This document shows positions 1-15,000 of a DNA stretch of 64,000 nucleotides, piece after piece. Under the pieces are notes generated by a model, which was not told the DNA's origin, made no database searches, and saw only the letters and a program-made list of their open reading frames with translations. The position numbers were made by a program, and so were the translations under genes. Within the stretch, counting starts at the first letter, position 1, and the number at the start of each line of letters is the position of its first letter. The stretch comes from Nemertoderma westbladi (lineage: Eukaryota; Animalia; Xenacoelomorpha): the NCBI GenBank assembly GCA_032718475.1, contig JAUCBJ010003530.1:48835-112834 (forward strand), given 5' to 3'.

Positions 1-3000
1 ATAGCAGATGGAAGGAAGGATTCAATAGCAGATGGAAGGAAGGTTGCAATAGCAGATGGAAGGAAGGTTGCAATAGCAGATGGAAGGAAGGTTGCAATAG
101 CAGATGGAAGGAAGGTTGCAATAGCAGATGGAAGGAAGGATTCAATAGCAGATGGAAGGAAGGTTGCAATAGCAGATGGAAGGAAGGTTGCAATAGCAGA
201 TGGAAGGAAGGTTGCAATAGCAGATGGAAGGAAGGTTGCAATAGCAGATGGAAGGAAGGTTGCAATAGCAGATGGAAGGAAGGTTGCAATAGCAGATGGA
301 AGGAAGGTTACAATAGGACATGGAAGGAAGGTTGCAATAGCAGATGGAAGGAAGGTTGCAATAGCAGATGGAAGGAAGGTTGCAATAGCAGATGGAAGGA
401 AGGTTGCAATAGCAGATGGAAGGAAGGTTGCATAAGCAGATGGAAGGAAGGTTGCAATAGCAGATGTAAGGAAGGTTGCAATAGGACATGGAAGGAAGGT
501 TGCAATAGCAGATGGAAGGAAGGATTCAATAGCAGATGGAAGGAAGGTTGCAATAGCAGATGGAAGGAAGGTTGCAATAGCAGATGGAAGGAAGGTTGCA
601 ATAGCAGATGGAAGGAAGGATTCAATAGCAGATGGAAGGAAGGTTGCAATAGCAGATGGAAGGAAGGTTGCAATAGCAGATGGAAGGAAGGTTGCAATAG
701 CAGATGGAAGGAAGGTTGCAATAGCAGATGGAAGGAAGGTTGCAATAGCAGATGGAAGGAAGGATTCAATAGCAGATGGAAGGAAGGTTGCAATAGCAGA
801 TGGAAGGAAGGTTGCAATAGCAGATGGAAGGAAGGTTGCAATATCAGATGGAAGGAAGGTTGCAATAGCAGATGGAAGGAAGGTTGCAATAGCAGATGGA
901 AGGAAGGTTGCAATAGCAGATGGAAGGAAGGTTACAATAGCAGATGGAAGGAAGAATTCAATAGCAGATGGAAGGACGGTTGCAATAGCAGATGGAAGGA
1001 AGGTTGCAATAGCAGATGGAAGGAAGGTTGCAATAGCAGATGGAAGGAAGGTTGCAATAGCAGATGGAAGGAAGGTTGCAATAGCAGATGGAAGGGGAAG
1101 ATTGCAATAGCAGATGGAAGGAAGGTTGCAATAGCAGATGGAAGGAAGGTTGCAATAGCAGATGGAAGGAAGGTTGCAATAGCAGATGGAAGGAAGGTTG
1201 CAATAGCAGATGGAAGGAAGGTTGCAATAGGACATGGAAGGAAGGTTGCAATAGCAGTTGGAAGGAAGGTTGCAATAGCAGATGGAAGGAAGGTTGCAAT
1301 AGCAGATGGAAGGAAGGTTGCAATAGCAGATGGAAGGAAGAATTCAATAGCAGATGGAAGGAAGGTTGCAATAGCAGATGGAAGGAAGGTTGCATTAGCA
1401 GATGGAAGGAAGGTTGCAATAGCAGATGTAAGGAAGGTTGCAATAGGATATGGAAGGAAGGTTGCAATAGCAGATGGAAGGAAGGTTGCAATAGGACATG
1501 GAAGGAAGGTTGCAATAGCAGTTGGAAGGAAGGTTGCAATAGCAGATGGAAGGAAGGTTGCAATAGCAGATGGAAGGAAGGTTGCAATAGCAGATGAAAG
1601 GAAGGTTGCAATAGCAGATGGAAGGAAGGTTGCAATAGCAGATGTAAGGAAGGTTGCAATAGGATATGGAAGGAAGGTTGCAATAGCAGATGGAAGGAAG
1701 GTTGCAATAGCAGATGGAAGGAAGGATTCAATAGCAGATGGAAGGAAGGTTGCAATAGCAGATGGAAGGAAGGTTGCAATAGCAGATGGAAGGAAGGTTG
1801 CAATAGCAGATGGAAGGAAGGTTGCAATAGCAGATGGAAGGAAGGTTGCAATAGCAGATGGAAGGAAGGTTGCAATAGCAGATGGAAGGAAGTTTGCAAT
1901 AGCAGATTGAAGGAAGAATTCAATAGCAGATGGAAGGAAGGTTGCAATAGCAGATGGAAGGAAGGTTGCAATAGCAGATGGAAGGAAGGTTGCAATAGCA
2001 GATGGAAGGAAGGTTGCAATAGCAGATGGAAGGAAGGTTGCAATAGCAGATGGAAGGAAGATTGCAATAGCAGATGGAAGGAAGGTTGCAATAGCAGATG
2101 GAAGGAAGGTTGCAATAGCAGATGGAAGGAAGGTTGCAATAGGACATGGAAGGAAGGTTGCAATAGCAGTTTGAAGGAAGGTTGCAATAGCAGATGGAAG
2201 GAAGGTTGCAATAGCATATGGAAGGAAGGTTGCAATAGCAGATGAAAGGAAGGTTGCAATAGCAGATGGAAGGAAGGTTGCAATAGCAGATGGAAGGAAG
2301 GATTCAATAGCAGATGGAAGGAAGGTTGCAATAGCAGATGGAAGGAAGGTTGCAATAGCAGATGGAAGGAAGGTTGCAATAGCAGATGGAAGGAAGGTTG
2401 CAATAGCAGATGGAAGGAAGGTTGCAATAGCAGATGGAAGGAAGGTTGCAATAGCAGATGGAAGGAAGGTTGCAATAGCAGATGGAAGGAAGGTTGCAAT
2501 AGCAGATGGAAGGAAGGTTGCAATAGCAGATGGAAGGAAGAATTCAATAGCAGATGGAAGGAAGGTTGCAATAGCAGATGGAAGGAAGGTTGCAATAGCA
2601 GATGGAAGGAAGGTTGCAATAGCAGATGGAAGGAAGAATTCAATAGCAGATGGAAGGAAGGTTGCAATAGCAGATGGAAGGAAGGTTGCAATAGCAGATG
2701 GAAGGAAGGTTGCAATAGCAGATGGAAGGAAGGTTGCAATAGCAGATGGAAGGAAGGTTGCAATAGCAGATGGAAGGAAGGTTGCAATAGCAGATGGAAG
2801 GAAGAATTCAATAGCAGATGGAAGGAAGGTTGCAATAGCAGATGGAAGGAAGGTTGCAATATCAGATGGAAGGAAGGTTGCAATAGCAGATGGAAGGAAG
2901 GTTGCAATAGCAGATGGAAGGAAGAATTCAATAGCAGATGGAAGGAAGGTTGCAATAGCAGATGGAAGGAAGGTTGCAATAGCAGATGGAAGGAAGGTTG

Positions 3001-6000
3001 CAATAGCAGATGTAAGGAAGGTTGCAATAGGACATGGAAGGAAGGTTGCAATAGCAGATGGAAGGAAGGTTGCAATAGCAGATGGAAGGAAGGATTCAAT
3101 AGCAGATGGAAGGAAGGTTGCAATAGCAGATGGAAGGAAGGTTGCAATAGCAGATGGAAGGAAGGTTGCAATAGCAGATGGAAGGAAGGTTGCAATAGCA
3201 GATGGAAGGAAGGTTACAATAGGACATGGAAGGAAGGTTGCAATAGCAGATGGAAGGAAGGTTGCAATAGCAGATGGAAGGAAGGTTGCAATAGCAGATG
3301 GAAGGAAGGTTGCAATAGCAGATGGAAGGAAGGTTGCAATAGCAGATGGAAGGAAGGTTGCAATAGCAGATGTAAGGAAGGTTGCAATAGGACATGGAAG
3401 GAAGGTTGCAATAGCAGATGGAAGGAAGGATTCAATAGCAGATGGAAGGAAGGTTGCAATAGCAGATGGAAGGAAGGTTGCAATAGCAGATGGAAGGAAG
3501 GTTGCAATAGCAGATGGAAGGAAGGATTCAATAGCAGATGGAAGGAAGGTTGCAATAGCAGATGGAAGGAAGGTTGCAATAGCAGATGGAAGGAAGGTTG
3601 CAATAGCAGATGGAAGGAAGGTTGCAATAGCAGATGGAAGGAAGGTTGCAATAGCAGATGGAAGGAAGGATTCAATAGCAGATGGAAGGAAGGTTGCAAT
3701 AGCAGATGGAAGGAAGGTTGCAATAGCAGATGGAAGGAAGGTTGCAATAGCAGATGGAAGGAAGGTTGCAATAGCAGATGGAAGGAAGGTTGTAATAGCA
3801 GATGGAAGGAAGGTTGCAATAGCAGATGGAAGGAAGGTTACAATAGCAGATGGAAGGAAGAATTCAATAGCAGATGGAAGGACGGTTGCAATAGCAGATG
3901 GAAGGAAGGTTGCAATAGCAGATGGAAGGAAGGTTGCAATAGCAGATGGAAGGAAGGTTGCAATAGCAGATGGAAGGAAGGTTGCAATAGCAGATGGAAG
4001 GAAGATTGCAATAGCAGATGGAAGGAAGGTTGCAATAGCAGATGGAAGGAAGGTTGCAATAGCAGATGGAAGGAAGGTTGCAATAGCAGATGGAAGGAAG
4101 GTTGCAATAGCAGATGGAAGGAAGGTTGCAATAGGACATGGAAGGAAGGTTGCAATAGCAGTTGGAAGGAAGGTTGCAATAGCAGATGGAAGGAAGGTTG
4201 CAATAGCAGATGGAAGGAAGGTTGCAATAGCAGATGGAAGGAAGAATTCAATAGCAGATGGAAGGAAGGTTGCAATAGCAGATGGAAGGAAGGTTGCAAT
4301 AGCAGATGGAAGGAAGGTTGCAATAGCAGATGTAAGGAAGGTTGCAATAGGATATGGAAGGAAGGTTGCAATAGCAGATGGAAGGAAGGTTGCAATAGGA
4401 CATGGAAGGAAGGTTGCAATAGCAGTTGGAAGGAAGGTTGCAATAGCAGATGGAAGGAAGGTTGCAATAGCAGATGGAAGGAAGGTTGCAATAGCAGATG
4501 AAAGGAAGGTTGCAATAGCAGATGGAAGGAAGGTTGCAATAGCAGATGTAAGGAAGGTTGCAATAGGATATGGAAGGAAGGTTGCAATAGCAGATGGAAG
4601 GAAGGTTGCAATAGCAGATGGAAGGAAGGATTCAATAGCAGATGGAAGGAAGGTTGCAATAGCAGATGGAAGGAAGGTTGCAATAGCAGATGGAAGGAAG
4701 GTTGCAATAGCAGATGGAAGGAAGGTTGCAATAGCAGATGGAAGGAAGGTTGCAATAGCAGATGGAAGGAAGGTTGCAATAGCAGATGGAAGGAAGTTTG
4801 CAATAGCAGATTGAAGGAAGAATTCAATAGCAGATGGAAGGAAGGTTGCAATAGCAGATGGAAGGAAGGTTGCAATAGCAGATGGAAGGAAGGTTGCAAT
4901 AGCAGATGGAAGGAAGGTTGCAATAGCAGATGGAAGGAAGGTTGCAATAGCAGATGGAAGGAAGATTGCAATAGCAGATGGAAGGAAGGTTGCAATAGCA
5001 GATGGAAGGAAGGTTGCAATAGCAGATGGAAGGAAGGTTGCAATAGGACATGGAAGGAAGGTTGCAATAGCAGTTTGAAGGAAGGTTGCAATAGCAGATG
5101 GAAGGAAGGTTGCAATAGCAGATGGATGGAAGGTTGCAATAGCAGATGAAAGGAAGGTTGCAATAGCAGATGGAAGGAAGGTTGCAATAGCAGATGGAAG
5201 GAAGGATTCAATAGCAGATGGAAGGAAGGTTGCAATAGCAGATGGAAGGAAGGTTGCAATAGCAGATGGAAGGAAGGTTGCAATAGCAGATGGAAGGAAG
5301 GTTGCAATAGCAGATGGAAGGAAGGTTGCAATAGCAGATGGAAGGAAGGTTGCAATAGCAGATGGAAGGAAGGTTGCAATAGCAGATGGAAGGAAGGTTG
5401 CAATAGCAGATGGAAGGAAGAATTCAATAGCAGATGGAAGGAAGGTTGCAATAGCAGATGGAAGGAAGGTTGCAATATCAGATGGAAGGAAGGTTGCAAT
5501 AGCAGATGGAAGGAAGGTTGCAATAGCAGATGGAAGGAAGAATTCAATAGCAGATGGAAGGAAGGTTGCAATAGCAGATGGAAGGAAGGTTGCAATAGCA
5601 GATGGAAGGAAGGTTGCAATAGCAGATGTAAGGAAGGTTGCAATAGGACATGGAAGGAAGGTTGCAATAGCAGATGGAAGGAAGGTTGCAATAGCAGATG
5701 GAAGGAAGGATTCAATAGCAGATGGAAGGAAGGTTGCAATAGCAGATGGAAGGAAGGTTGCAATAGCAGATGGAAGGAAGGTTGCAATAGCAGATGGAAG
5801 GAAGGTTGCAATAGCAGATGGAAGGAAGGTTACAATAGGACATGGAAGGAAGGTTGCAATAGCAGATGGAAGGAAGGTTGCAATAGCAGATGGAAGGAAG
5901 GTTGCAATAGCAGATGGAAGGAAGGTTGCAATAGCAGATGGAAGGAAGGTTGCAATAGCAGATGGAAGGAAGGTTGCAATAGCAGATGTAAGGAAGGTTG

Positions 6001-9000
6001 CAATAGGACATGGAAGGAAGGTTGCAATAGCAGATGGAAGGAAGGATTCAATAGCAGATGGAAGGAAGGTTGCAATAGCAGATGGAAGGAAGGTTGCAAT
6101 AGCAGATGGAAGGAAGGTTGCAATAGCAGATGGAAGGAAGGATTCAATAGCAGATGGAAGGAAGGTTGCAATAGCAGATGGAAGGAAGGTTGCAATAGCA
6201 GATGGAAGGAAGGTTGCAATAGCAGATGGAAGGAAGGTTGCAATAGCAGATGGAAGGAAGGTTGCAATAGCAGATGGAAGGAAGGATTCAATAGCAGATG
6301 GAAGGAAGGTTGCAATAGCAGATGGAAGGAAGGTTGCAATAGCAGATGGAAGGAAGGTTGCAATAGCAGATGGAAGGAAGGTTGCAATAGCAGATGGAAG
6401 GAAGGTTGTAATAGCAGATGGAAGGAAGGTTGCAATAGCAGATGGAAGGAAGGTTACAATAGCAGATGGAAGGAAGAATTCAATAGCAGATGGAAGGACG
6501 GTTGCAATAGCAGATGGAAGGAAGGTTGCAATAGCAGATGGAAGGAAGGTTGCAATAGCAGATGGAAGGAAGGTTGCAATAGCAGATGGAAGGAAGGTTG
6601 CAATAGCAGATGGAAGGAAGATTGCAATAGCAGATGGAAGGAAGGTTGCAATAGCAGATGGAAGGAAGGTTGCAATAGCAGATGGAAGGAAGGTTGCAAT
6701 AGCAGATGGAAGGAAGGTTGCAATAGCAGATGGAAGGAAGGTTGCAATAGGACATGGAAGGAAGGTTGCAATAGCAGTTGGAAGGAAGGTTGCAATAGCA
6801 GATGGAAGGAAGGTTGCAATAGCAGATGGAAGGAAGGTTGCAATAGCAGATGGAAGGAAGAATTCAATAGCAGATGGAAGGAAGGTTGCAATAGCAGATG
6901 GAAGGAAGGTTGCAATAGCAGATGGAAGGAAGGTTGCAATAGCAGATGTAAGGAAGGTTGCAATAGGATATGGAAGGAAGGTTGCAATAGCAGATGGAAG
7001 GAAGGTTGCAATAGGACATGGAAGGAAGGTTGCAATAGCAGTTGGAAGGAAGGTTGCAATAGCAGATGGAAGGAAGGTTGCAATAGCAGATGGAAGGAAG
7101 GTTGCAATAGCAGATGAAAGGAAGGTTGCAATAGCAGATGGAAGGAAGGTTGCAATAGCAGATGTAAGGAAGGTTGCAATAGGATATGGAAGGAAGGTTG
7201 CAATAGCAGATGGAAGGAAGGTTGCAATAGCAGATGGAAGGAAGGATTCAATAGCAGATGGAAGGAAGGTTGCAATAGCAGATGGAAGGAAGGTTGCAAT
7301 AGCAGATGGAAGGAAGGTTGCAATAGCAGATGGAAGGAAGGTTGCAATAGCAGATGGAAGGAAGGTTGCAATAGCAGATGGAAGGAAGGTTGCAATAGCA
7401 GATGGAAGGAAGTTTGCAATAGCAGATTGAAGGAAGAATTCAATAGCAGATGGAAGGAAGGTTGCAATAGCAGATGGAAGGAAGGTTGCAATAGCAGATG
7501 GAAGGAAGGTTGCAATAGCAGATGGAAGGAAGGTTGCAATAGCAGATGGAAGGAAGGTTGCAATAGCAGATGGAAGGAAGATTGCAATAGCAGATGGAAG
7601 GAAGGTTGCAATAGCAGATGGAAGGAAGGTTGCAATAGCAGATGGAAGGAAGGTTGCAATAGGACATGGAAGGAAGGTTGCAATAGCAGTTTGAAGGAAG
7701 GTTGCAATAGCAGATGGAAGGAAGGTTGCAATAGCAGATGGATGGAAGGTTGCAATAGCAGATGAAAGGAAGGTTGCAATAGCAGATGGAAGGAAGGTTG
7801 CAATAGCAGATGGAAGGAAGGATTCAATAGCAGATGGAAGGAAGGTTGCAATAGCAGATGGAAGGAAGGTTGCAATAGCAGATGGAAGGAAGGTTGCAAT
7901 AGCAGATGGAAGGAAGGTTGCAATAGCAGATGGAAGGAAGGTTGCAATAGCAGATGGAAGGAAGGTTGCAATAGCAGATGGAAGGAAGGTTGCAATAGCA
8001 GATGGAAGGAAGGTTGCAATAGCAGATGGAAGGAAGGTTGCAATAGCAGATGGAAGGAAGAATTCAATAGCAGATGGAAGGAAGGTTGCAATAGCAGATG
8101 GAAGGAAGGTTGCAATAGCAGATGGAAGGAAGGTTGCAATAGCAGATGGAAGGAAGAATTCAATAGCAGATGGAAGGAAGGTTGCAATAGCAGATGGAAG
8201 GAAGGTTGCAATAGCAGATGGAAGGAAGGTTGCAATAGCAGATGGAAGGAAGGTTGCAATAGCAGATGGAAGGAAGGTTGCAATAGCAGATGGAAGGAAG
8301 GTTGCAATAGCAGATGGAAGGAAGAATTCAATAGCAGATGGAAGGAAGGTTGCAATAGCAGATGGAAGGAAGGTTGCAATAGCAGATGGAAGGAAGGTTG
8401 CAATAGCAGATGGAAGGAAGGTTGCAATAGCAGATGGAAGGAAGAATTCAATAGCAGATGGAAGGAAGGTTGCAATAGCAGATGGAAGGAAGGTTGCAAT
8501 AGCAGATGGAAGGAAGGTTGCAATAGCAGATGTAAGGAAGGTTGCAATAGGACATGGAAGGAAGGTTGCAATAGCAGATGGAAGGAAGGTTGCAATAGCA
8601 GATGGAAGGAAGGATTCAATAGCAGATGGAAGGAAGGTTGCAATAGCAGATGGAAGGAAGGTTGCAATAGCAGATAGAAGGAAGGTTTCAATAGCAGATG
8701 GAAGGAAGGTTGCAATAGCAGATGGAAGGAAGGTTGCAATAGCAGATGGAAGGAAGGTTGCAATAGCAGATGGAAGGAAGGTTGCAATAGCAGATGGAAG
8801 GAAGAATTCAATAGCAGATGGAAGGAAGGTTGCAATAGCAGATGGAAGGAAGGTTGCAATAGCAGATGGAAGGAAGGTTGCAATAGCAGATGGAAGGAAG
8901 GTTGCAATAGCAGATGGAAGGAAGGTTGCAATAGCAGATGGAAGGAATGTTGCAATAGCAGATGGAAGGAAGGTTGCAATAGCAGATGGAAGGAAGGTTG

Positions 9001-12000
9001 CAATAGCAGATGGAAGGAAGGTTGCAATAGCAGATGGAAGGAAGGTTGCAATAGCAGATGGAAGGAAGGTTGCAATAGCAGATGGAAGGAAGATTGCAAT
9101 AGCAGATGGAAGGAAGGTTGCAATAGCAGATGGAAGGAAGGTTGCAATAGCAGATGGAAGGAAGGTTGCAATAGCAGATGGAAGGAAGGTTGCAATAGCA
9201 GATGGAAGGAAGGTTGCAATAGGACATGGAAGGAAGGTTGCAATAGCAGTTGGAAGGAAGGTTGCAATAGCAGATGGAAGGAAGGTTGCAATAGCACATG
9301 GAAGGAAGATTGCAATAGCAGATGAAAGGAAGGTTGCAATAGCAGATGGAAGGAAGGTTGCAATAGCAGATGGAAGGAAGGTTGCAATAGCAGATGGAAG
9401 GAAGGTTGCAATAGCAGATGGAAGGAAGGTTGCAATAGCAGATGTAAGGAAGGTTGCAATAGGATATGGAAGGAAGGTTGCAATAGCAGATGGAAGGAAG
9501 GTTGCAATAGCAGATGGAAGGAATGTTTCAATAGCAGATGGAAGAAAGGTTGCAATAGCAGATGGAAGGAAGGTTGCAATAGCAAATGGAAGGAAGGTTG
9601 CAATAGCAGATGGAAGGAAGGTTGCAATAGCAGATGGAAGGAAGGTTGCAATAGCAGATTGAAGGAAGGTTGCAATAGCAGATGGAAGGAAGGTTGCAAT
9701 AGCAGATGGAAGGAAGGTTGCAATAGCAGATGGAAGGAAGGTTGCAATAGCAGATGGAAGGAATGTTGCAGTAGCAGATGGAAGGAAGGTTGCAATAGCA
9801 GATGGAAGGAAGGTTGCAATAGCAGATGGAAGGAAGGTTGCAATAGCAGATGGAAGGAAGGTTGCAATGGCAGATGGAAGGAAGGTTGTAATAGCAGATG
9901 GAAGGAAGGATTCAATAGCAGATGGAAGGAAGGTTGCAATATCAGATGGAAGGAAGGTTGCATTAGCAGATGGAAGGAAGGATGCAATAGCAGATGGAAG
10001 TAAGGATTCAATAGCAGAAGGAAGGAAGGTTGCAATAGCAGATGGAAGGAAGGTTGCAATAGCAGATGGAAGGAAGGTTGCAATAGCAGATGGAAGGAAG
10101 GTTGCAATAGCAGATGGAAGGAAGGTTGCAATAGCAGATGGAAGGAAGGTTGCAATAGCAGAAGGAAGGAAGTTTGCATTAGCAGATGGAAGGAAGGTTG
10201 CAATAGCAGATGGAAGGAAGGTTGCAATAGCAGATGGAAGGAAGGTTGCAATAGCAGATGGAAGGAAGGTTGCAATAGCAGATGGAAGGAAGGTTGCAAT
10301 AGCAGATGGAAGGAAGGTCGCATTAGCAGATGGAAGGAAGGTCGCATTAGCAGATGGAAGGAAGGTTGCATTAGCAGATGGAAGTAAGGATTCAATAGCA
10401 GAAGGAAGGAAGGTTGCAATAGCAGATGGAAGGAAGGTTGCAATAGCAGATGGAAGGAAGGTTGCAATAGCAGATGGAAGGAAGGTTGCAATAGCAGATG
10501 GAAGGAAGGTTGCAATAGCAGATGGAAGGAAGGTTGCAATAGCAGATGGAAGGGAGGATGCAATAGCAGATGGAAGGAAGGTTGCAATAGCAGATGGAAG
10601 GAAGGTTGCATTAGCAGATGGAAGGAAGGTTGCAATAGCAGATGGAAGTAAAGTTGCAATAGGACATGGAAGGAAGGTTTCAAGATGCAACCTTCCAAGG
10701 TTGCAAATAGCAGATGGAAGGAAGGTTGCAATAGTAGATGGAAGGAAGGTTGTAATAGCAGATGGAAGGAAGGTTGCAATAGCAGATGGAAGGAAGGTTG
10801 CAATAGCAGATGGAAGGAAGGTTGCAATAGCAGATGGAAGGAAGGTTGCATTAGCAGATGGAAGGAAGGTTGCAATAGCAGATGGAAGTAAAGTTGCAAT
10901 AGGACATGGAAGGAAGGTTTCAAGATGCAACCTTCCAAGGTTGCAAATAGCAGATGGAAGGAAGGTTGCAATAGTAGATGGAAGGAAGGTTGTAATAGCA
11001 GATGGAAGGAAGGTTGCAATAGCAGATGGAAGGAAGGTTGCAATAGCAGATGGAAGGAAGGTTGCAATAGTAGATGGAAGGAAGGTTGTAATAGCAGATG
11101 GAAGGAAGGTTGCAATAGCAGATGGAAGGAAGGTTGGAATAGCAGATGGAAGGAAGGTTAAAATAGCAGATGGAAGGAAGGTTGCAATAGCAGATGGAAG
11201 GAAGGTTGCAATGGCAGATGGTAGGAAGTTTGCAATAGCAGATGGAAGGAAGGTTGCAATAGCAGATGGAAGGAAGGTTGCAATAGCAGATGGAAGGAAG
11301 GTTGCAATAGCAGATGGAAGGAAGGTTAAAATAGCAGATGGAAGGAAGGTTTCAATAGCAGATGGAAGGAAGGTTGCAATAGCAGATGGAAGGAAGGTTG
11401 CAATAGCAGATGGAAGGAAGGTTGCAATAGCAGATGGAAGGAAGGTTGCAATAGCAGATGGAAGGAAGGTTGGAATAGCAGATGGAAGGAAGGTTGGAAT
11501 AGCAGATGGAAGGAAGGTTAAAATAGCAGATGGAAGGAAGGTTTCAATAGCAGATGGAAGGAAGGTTGCAATGGCAGATGGTAGGAAGTTTGCAATAGCA
11601 GATGGAAGGAAGGTTGCAATAGCAGATGGAAGGAAGGTTGCAATAGCAAATGGAAGGAAGGTTGCATTAGCAGATGGAAGGAAGGTTGCAATAGCAGATG
11701 GAAGTAAATTTGCAATAGCAGATGGAAGGAAGGTTGCAATAGGACATGGAAGGAAGGTTGCAAGATGCCACCTTCCAAGGTTGCAAATAGCAGATGGGAG
11801 GAAGGTTGCAATAGTAGATGGAAGGAAGGTTGCAATAGCAGATGGAAGTAAATTTGCAATAGCAGATGGAAGGAAGGTTGCAATAGCAGATGGAAGTAAA
11901 TTTGCAATAGCAGATGGAAGGAAGGTTGCAATAGGACATGGAAGGAAGGTTGCAAGATGCCACCTTCCAAGGTTGCAAATAGCAGATGGGAGGAAGGTTG

Positions 12001-15000
12001 CAATAGTAGATGGAAGGAAGGTTGCAATAGCAGATGGAAGGAAGGTTGCAATAGCAGATGGAAGGAAGGTTGCCATAGCAGATGGAAGGAAGGTTGCAAT
12101 AGCAGATGGAAGGAAGGTTGCAATAGCAGATGGAAGGAAGGTCGCATTAGCAGATGGAAGGAAGGTCGCATTAGCAGATGGAAGGAAGGTTGCATTAGCA
12201 GATGGAAGGAAGGATGCAATAGCAGATGGAAGTAAGGATTCAATAGCAGAAGGAAGGAAGGTTGCAATAGCAGATGGAAAGAAGGTTGCAATAGCAGATG
12301 GAAGGAAGGTTGCAATAGCAGATGGAAGGAAGGTTGCAATAGCAGATGGAAGGAAGGTTGCAATAGCAGATGGAAGGAAGGTTGCAATAGCAGATGGAAG
12401 GAAGGTTGCAATAGCAGATGGAAGGAAGGTTGCAATAGCAGAAGGAAGGAACTTTGCATTAGCAGATGGAAGGAAGGTTGCAATAGCAGATGGAAGGAAG
12501 GTTGCAATAGCAGATGAAGGAAGGTTGCAATAGCAGATGGAAGGAAGGTTGCAATAGCAGATGGAAGGAAGGTTGCAATAGCAGATGGAAGGGAGGATGC
12601 AATAGCAGATGGAAGGAAGGTTGCAATAGCAGATGGAAGGAAGATTGCAATAGCAGATGGAAGGAAGGTTGCATTAGCAGATGGAAGGAAGGTTGCAATA
12701 GCAGATGGAAGGAAGGTTGCAATAGCAGATGGAAGGAAGGTTGCAATAGCAGATGGAAGGAAGGTTGCAATAGCAGATGGAAGGAAGGTTGCAATAGCAG
12801 ATGGAAGGAAGGATGCAATAGCAGAAGGAAGGAAGGTTCAAATAGCAGATGGAAGGAAGATTGCAATAGCAGATGGAAGGAAGGTTGCATTAGCAGATGG
12901 AAGGTTGTTTGCAATAGCAGATGGAAGGAAGGTTGCAATAGCAGATGGAAGGATGGTTGCAATAGATCATGGAAGGAAGGTTGCAATAGCAGATGGAAGG
13001 AATGTTGCAATAGCAGATGGAAGGAAGATTGCAATAGCAGATGGAAGGAAGGTTGCAATAGCAGATGGAAGGAAGGTTGCAATAGCAGATGGAAGGAAGG
13101 TTGCAATAGCATATGGAAGGAAGGTTGCAATAGGAGATGGAAGGAAGGTTGCAATAGCAGATGGAAGGAAGGTTGCAATAGCAGATGAAAGGAAGGTTGC
13201 AATAGCAGATGGAAGGAAGGTTGCAATAGCAGATGGAAGGAAGGTTGCAATAGCAGATGGAAGGAAGGTTGCAATAGCAGATGGAAGGAAGGTTGCAATA
13301 GCAGATGGAAGGAAGGTTGCATTAGCAGATGGTAGGAAGGTTGCAATAGCAGATGGAAGTAAAGTTGCAATAGCAGATGGAAGGAAGGTTGTTATAGCAG
13401 ATGGAAGGAAGGTTGCAATAGGACATGGAAGGAAGGTTTCAAGATGCAACCTTCCAAGGTTGCAAATAGCAGATGGAAGGAAGGTTGCAATAGTAGATGG
13501 AAGGAAGGTTGTAATAGCAGATGGAAGGAAGGTTGCAATAGCAGATGGAAGGAAGGTTGCAATAGCAGATGGAAGGAAGGTTGCAATAGCAGATGGAAGG
13601 AAGATTGCAATAGCAGATGGAAGGAAGGTTGCAATAGCAGATGGAAGGAAGGTTGCAATAGCAAATGGAAGGAAGGTTGCATTAGCAGATGGAAGGAAGG
13701 TTGCAATAGCAGATGGAAGTAAAGTTGCAATAGCAGATGGAAGGAAGGTTGTTATAGCAGATGGATGGAAGGTTGCAATAGGACATGGAAGGAAGGTTGC
13801 AAGATGCAACCTTCCAAGGTTGCAAATAGCAGATGGAAGGAAGGTTGCAATAGTAGATGGAAGGAAGGTTGTAATAGCAGATGGAAGTAAAGTTGCAATA
13901 GCAGATGGAAGGAAGGTTGTTATAGCAGATGGAAGGAAGGTTGCAATAGGACATGGAAGGAAGGTTGCAAGATGCAACCTTCCAAGGTTGCAAATAGCAG
14001 ATGGAAGGAAGGTTGCAATAGTAGATGGAAGGAAGGTTGTAATAGCAGATGGGAGGAAGGTTGCAATAGCAGATGGAAGGAAGGTTGCAATAGCAGATGG
14101 AAGGAAGGTTGCAATAGCAGATGGAAGTAAGGATTCAATAGCAGATGGAAGGAAGGTTGCATTAGCAGATGGAAGGAAGGTTGCAATAGCAGATGGAAGT
14201 AAAGTTGCAATAGCAGATGGAAGGAAGGTTGTTATAGCAGATGGAAGGAAGATTGCAATAGCAGATGGAAGTAAGGATTCAATAGCAGATGGAAGGAAGG
14301 TTGCAATGGCAGATGGTAGGAAGTTTGCAATAGCAGATGGAAGGAAGGCTGCAATAGCAGATGGAAGGAAGGTTGCAATAGCAGATGGAAGGAAGGATTC
14401 AATAGCAGATGGAAGGAAGGTTGCAATAGCAGATGGAAGGAAGGTTGCAATAGAAGATGGAAGGAAGGTTGCAATAGCAGATGGAAGGAAGGTTGCAATA
14501 GCAGATGGAAGGAAGGTTGCAATAGCAGATGGAAGGAAGGTTGCAATAGCATATGGAAGGAAGGTTGCAATAGCAGATGGAAGGAAGGTTGCAATAGCAG
14601 ATGGAAGGAAGGTTGCAATAGCAGATGGAAGGAAGGTTGCAATAGCAGATGGAAGGAAGGATTCAATAGCAGATGGAAGGAAGGTTGCAATAGCAGATGG
14701 AAGGAAGGTTGAAATAGCAGATGGAAGGAAGGTTGCATTAGCAGATGGAAGGAAGGTTGCAATAGCAGATGGAAGTAAAGTTGCAATAGCAGATGGAAGG
14801 AAGGTTGTTATAGCAGATGGAAGGAAGGTTGCAATAGGACATGGAAGGAAGGTTGCAAGAGGCAACCTTCCAAGGTTGCAAATAGCAGATGGAAGGAAGG
14901 TTGCAATAGCAGATGGAAGGAAGGTTGCAATAGCAGATGGAAGGAAGGTTGCAATAGCAGATGGAAGGAAGGTTGCAATAGCAGATGGAAGGAAGATTGC

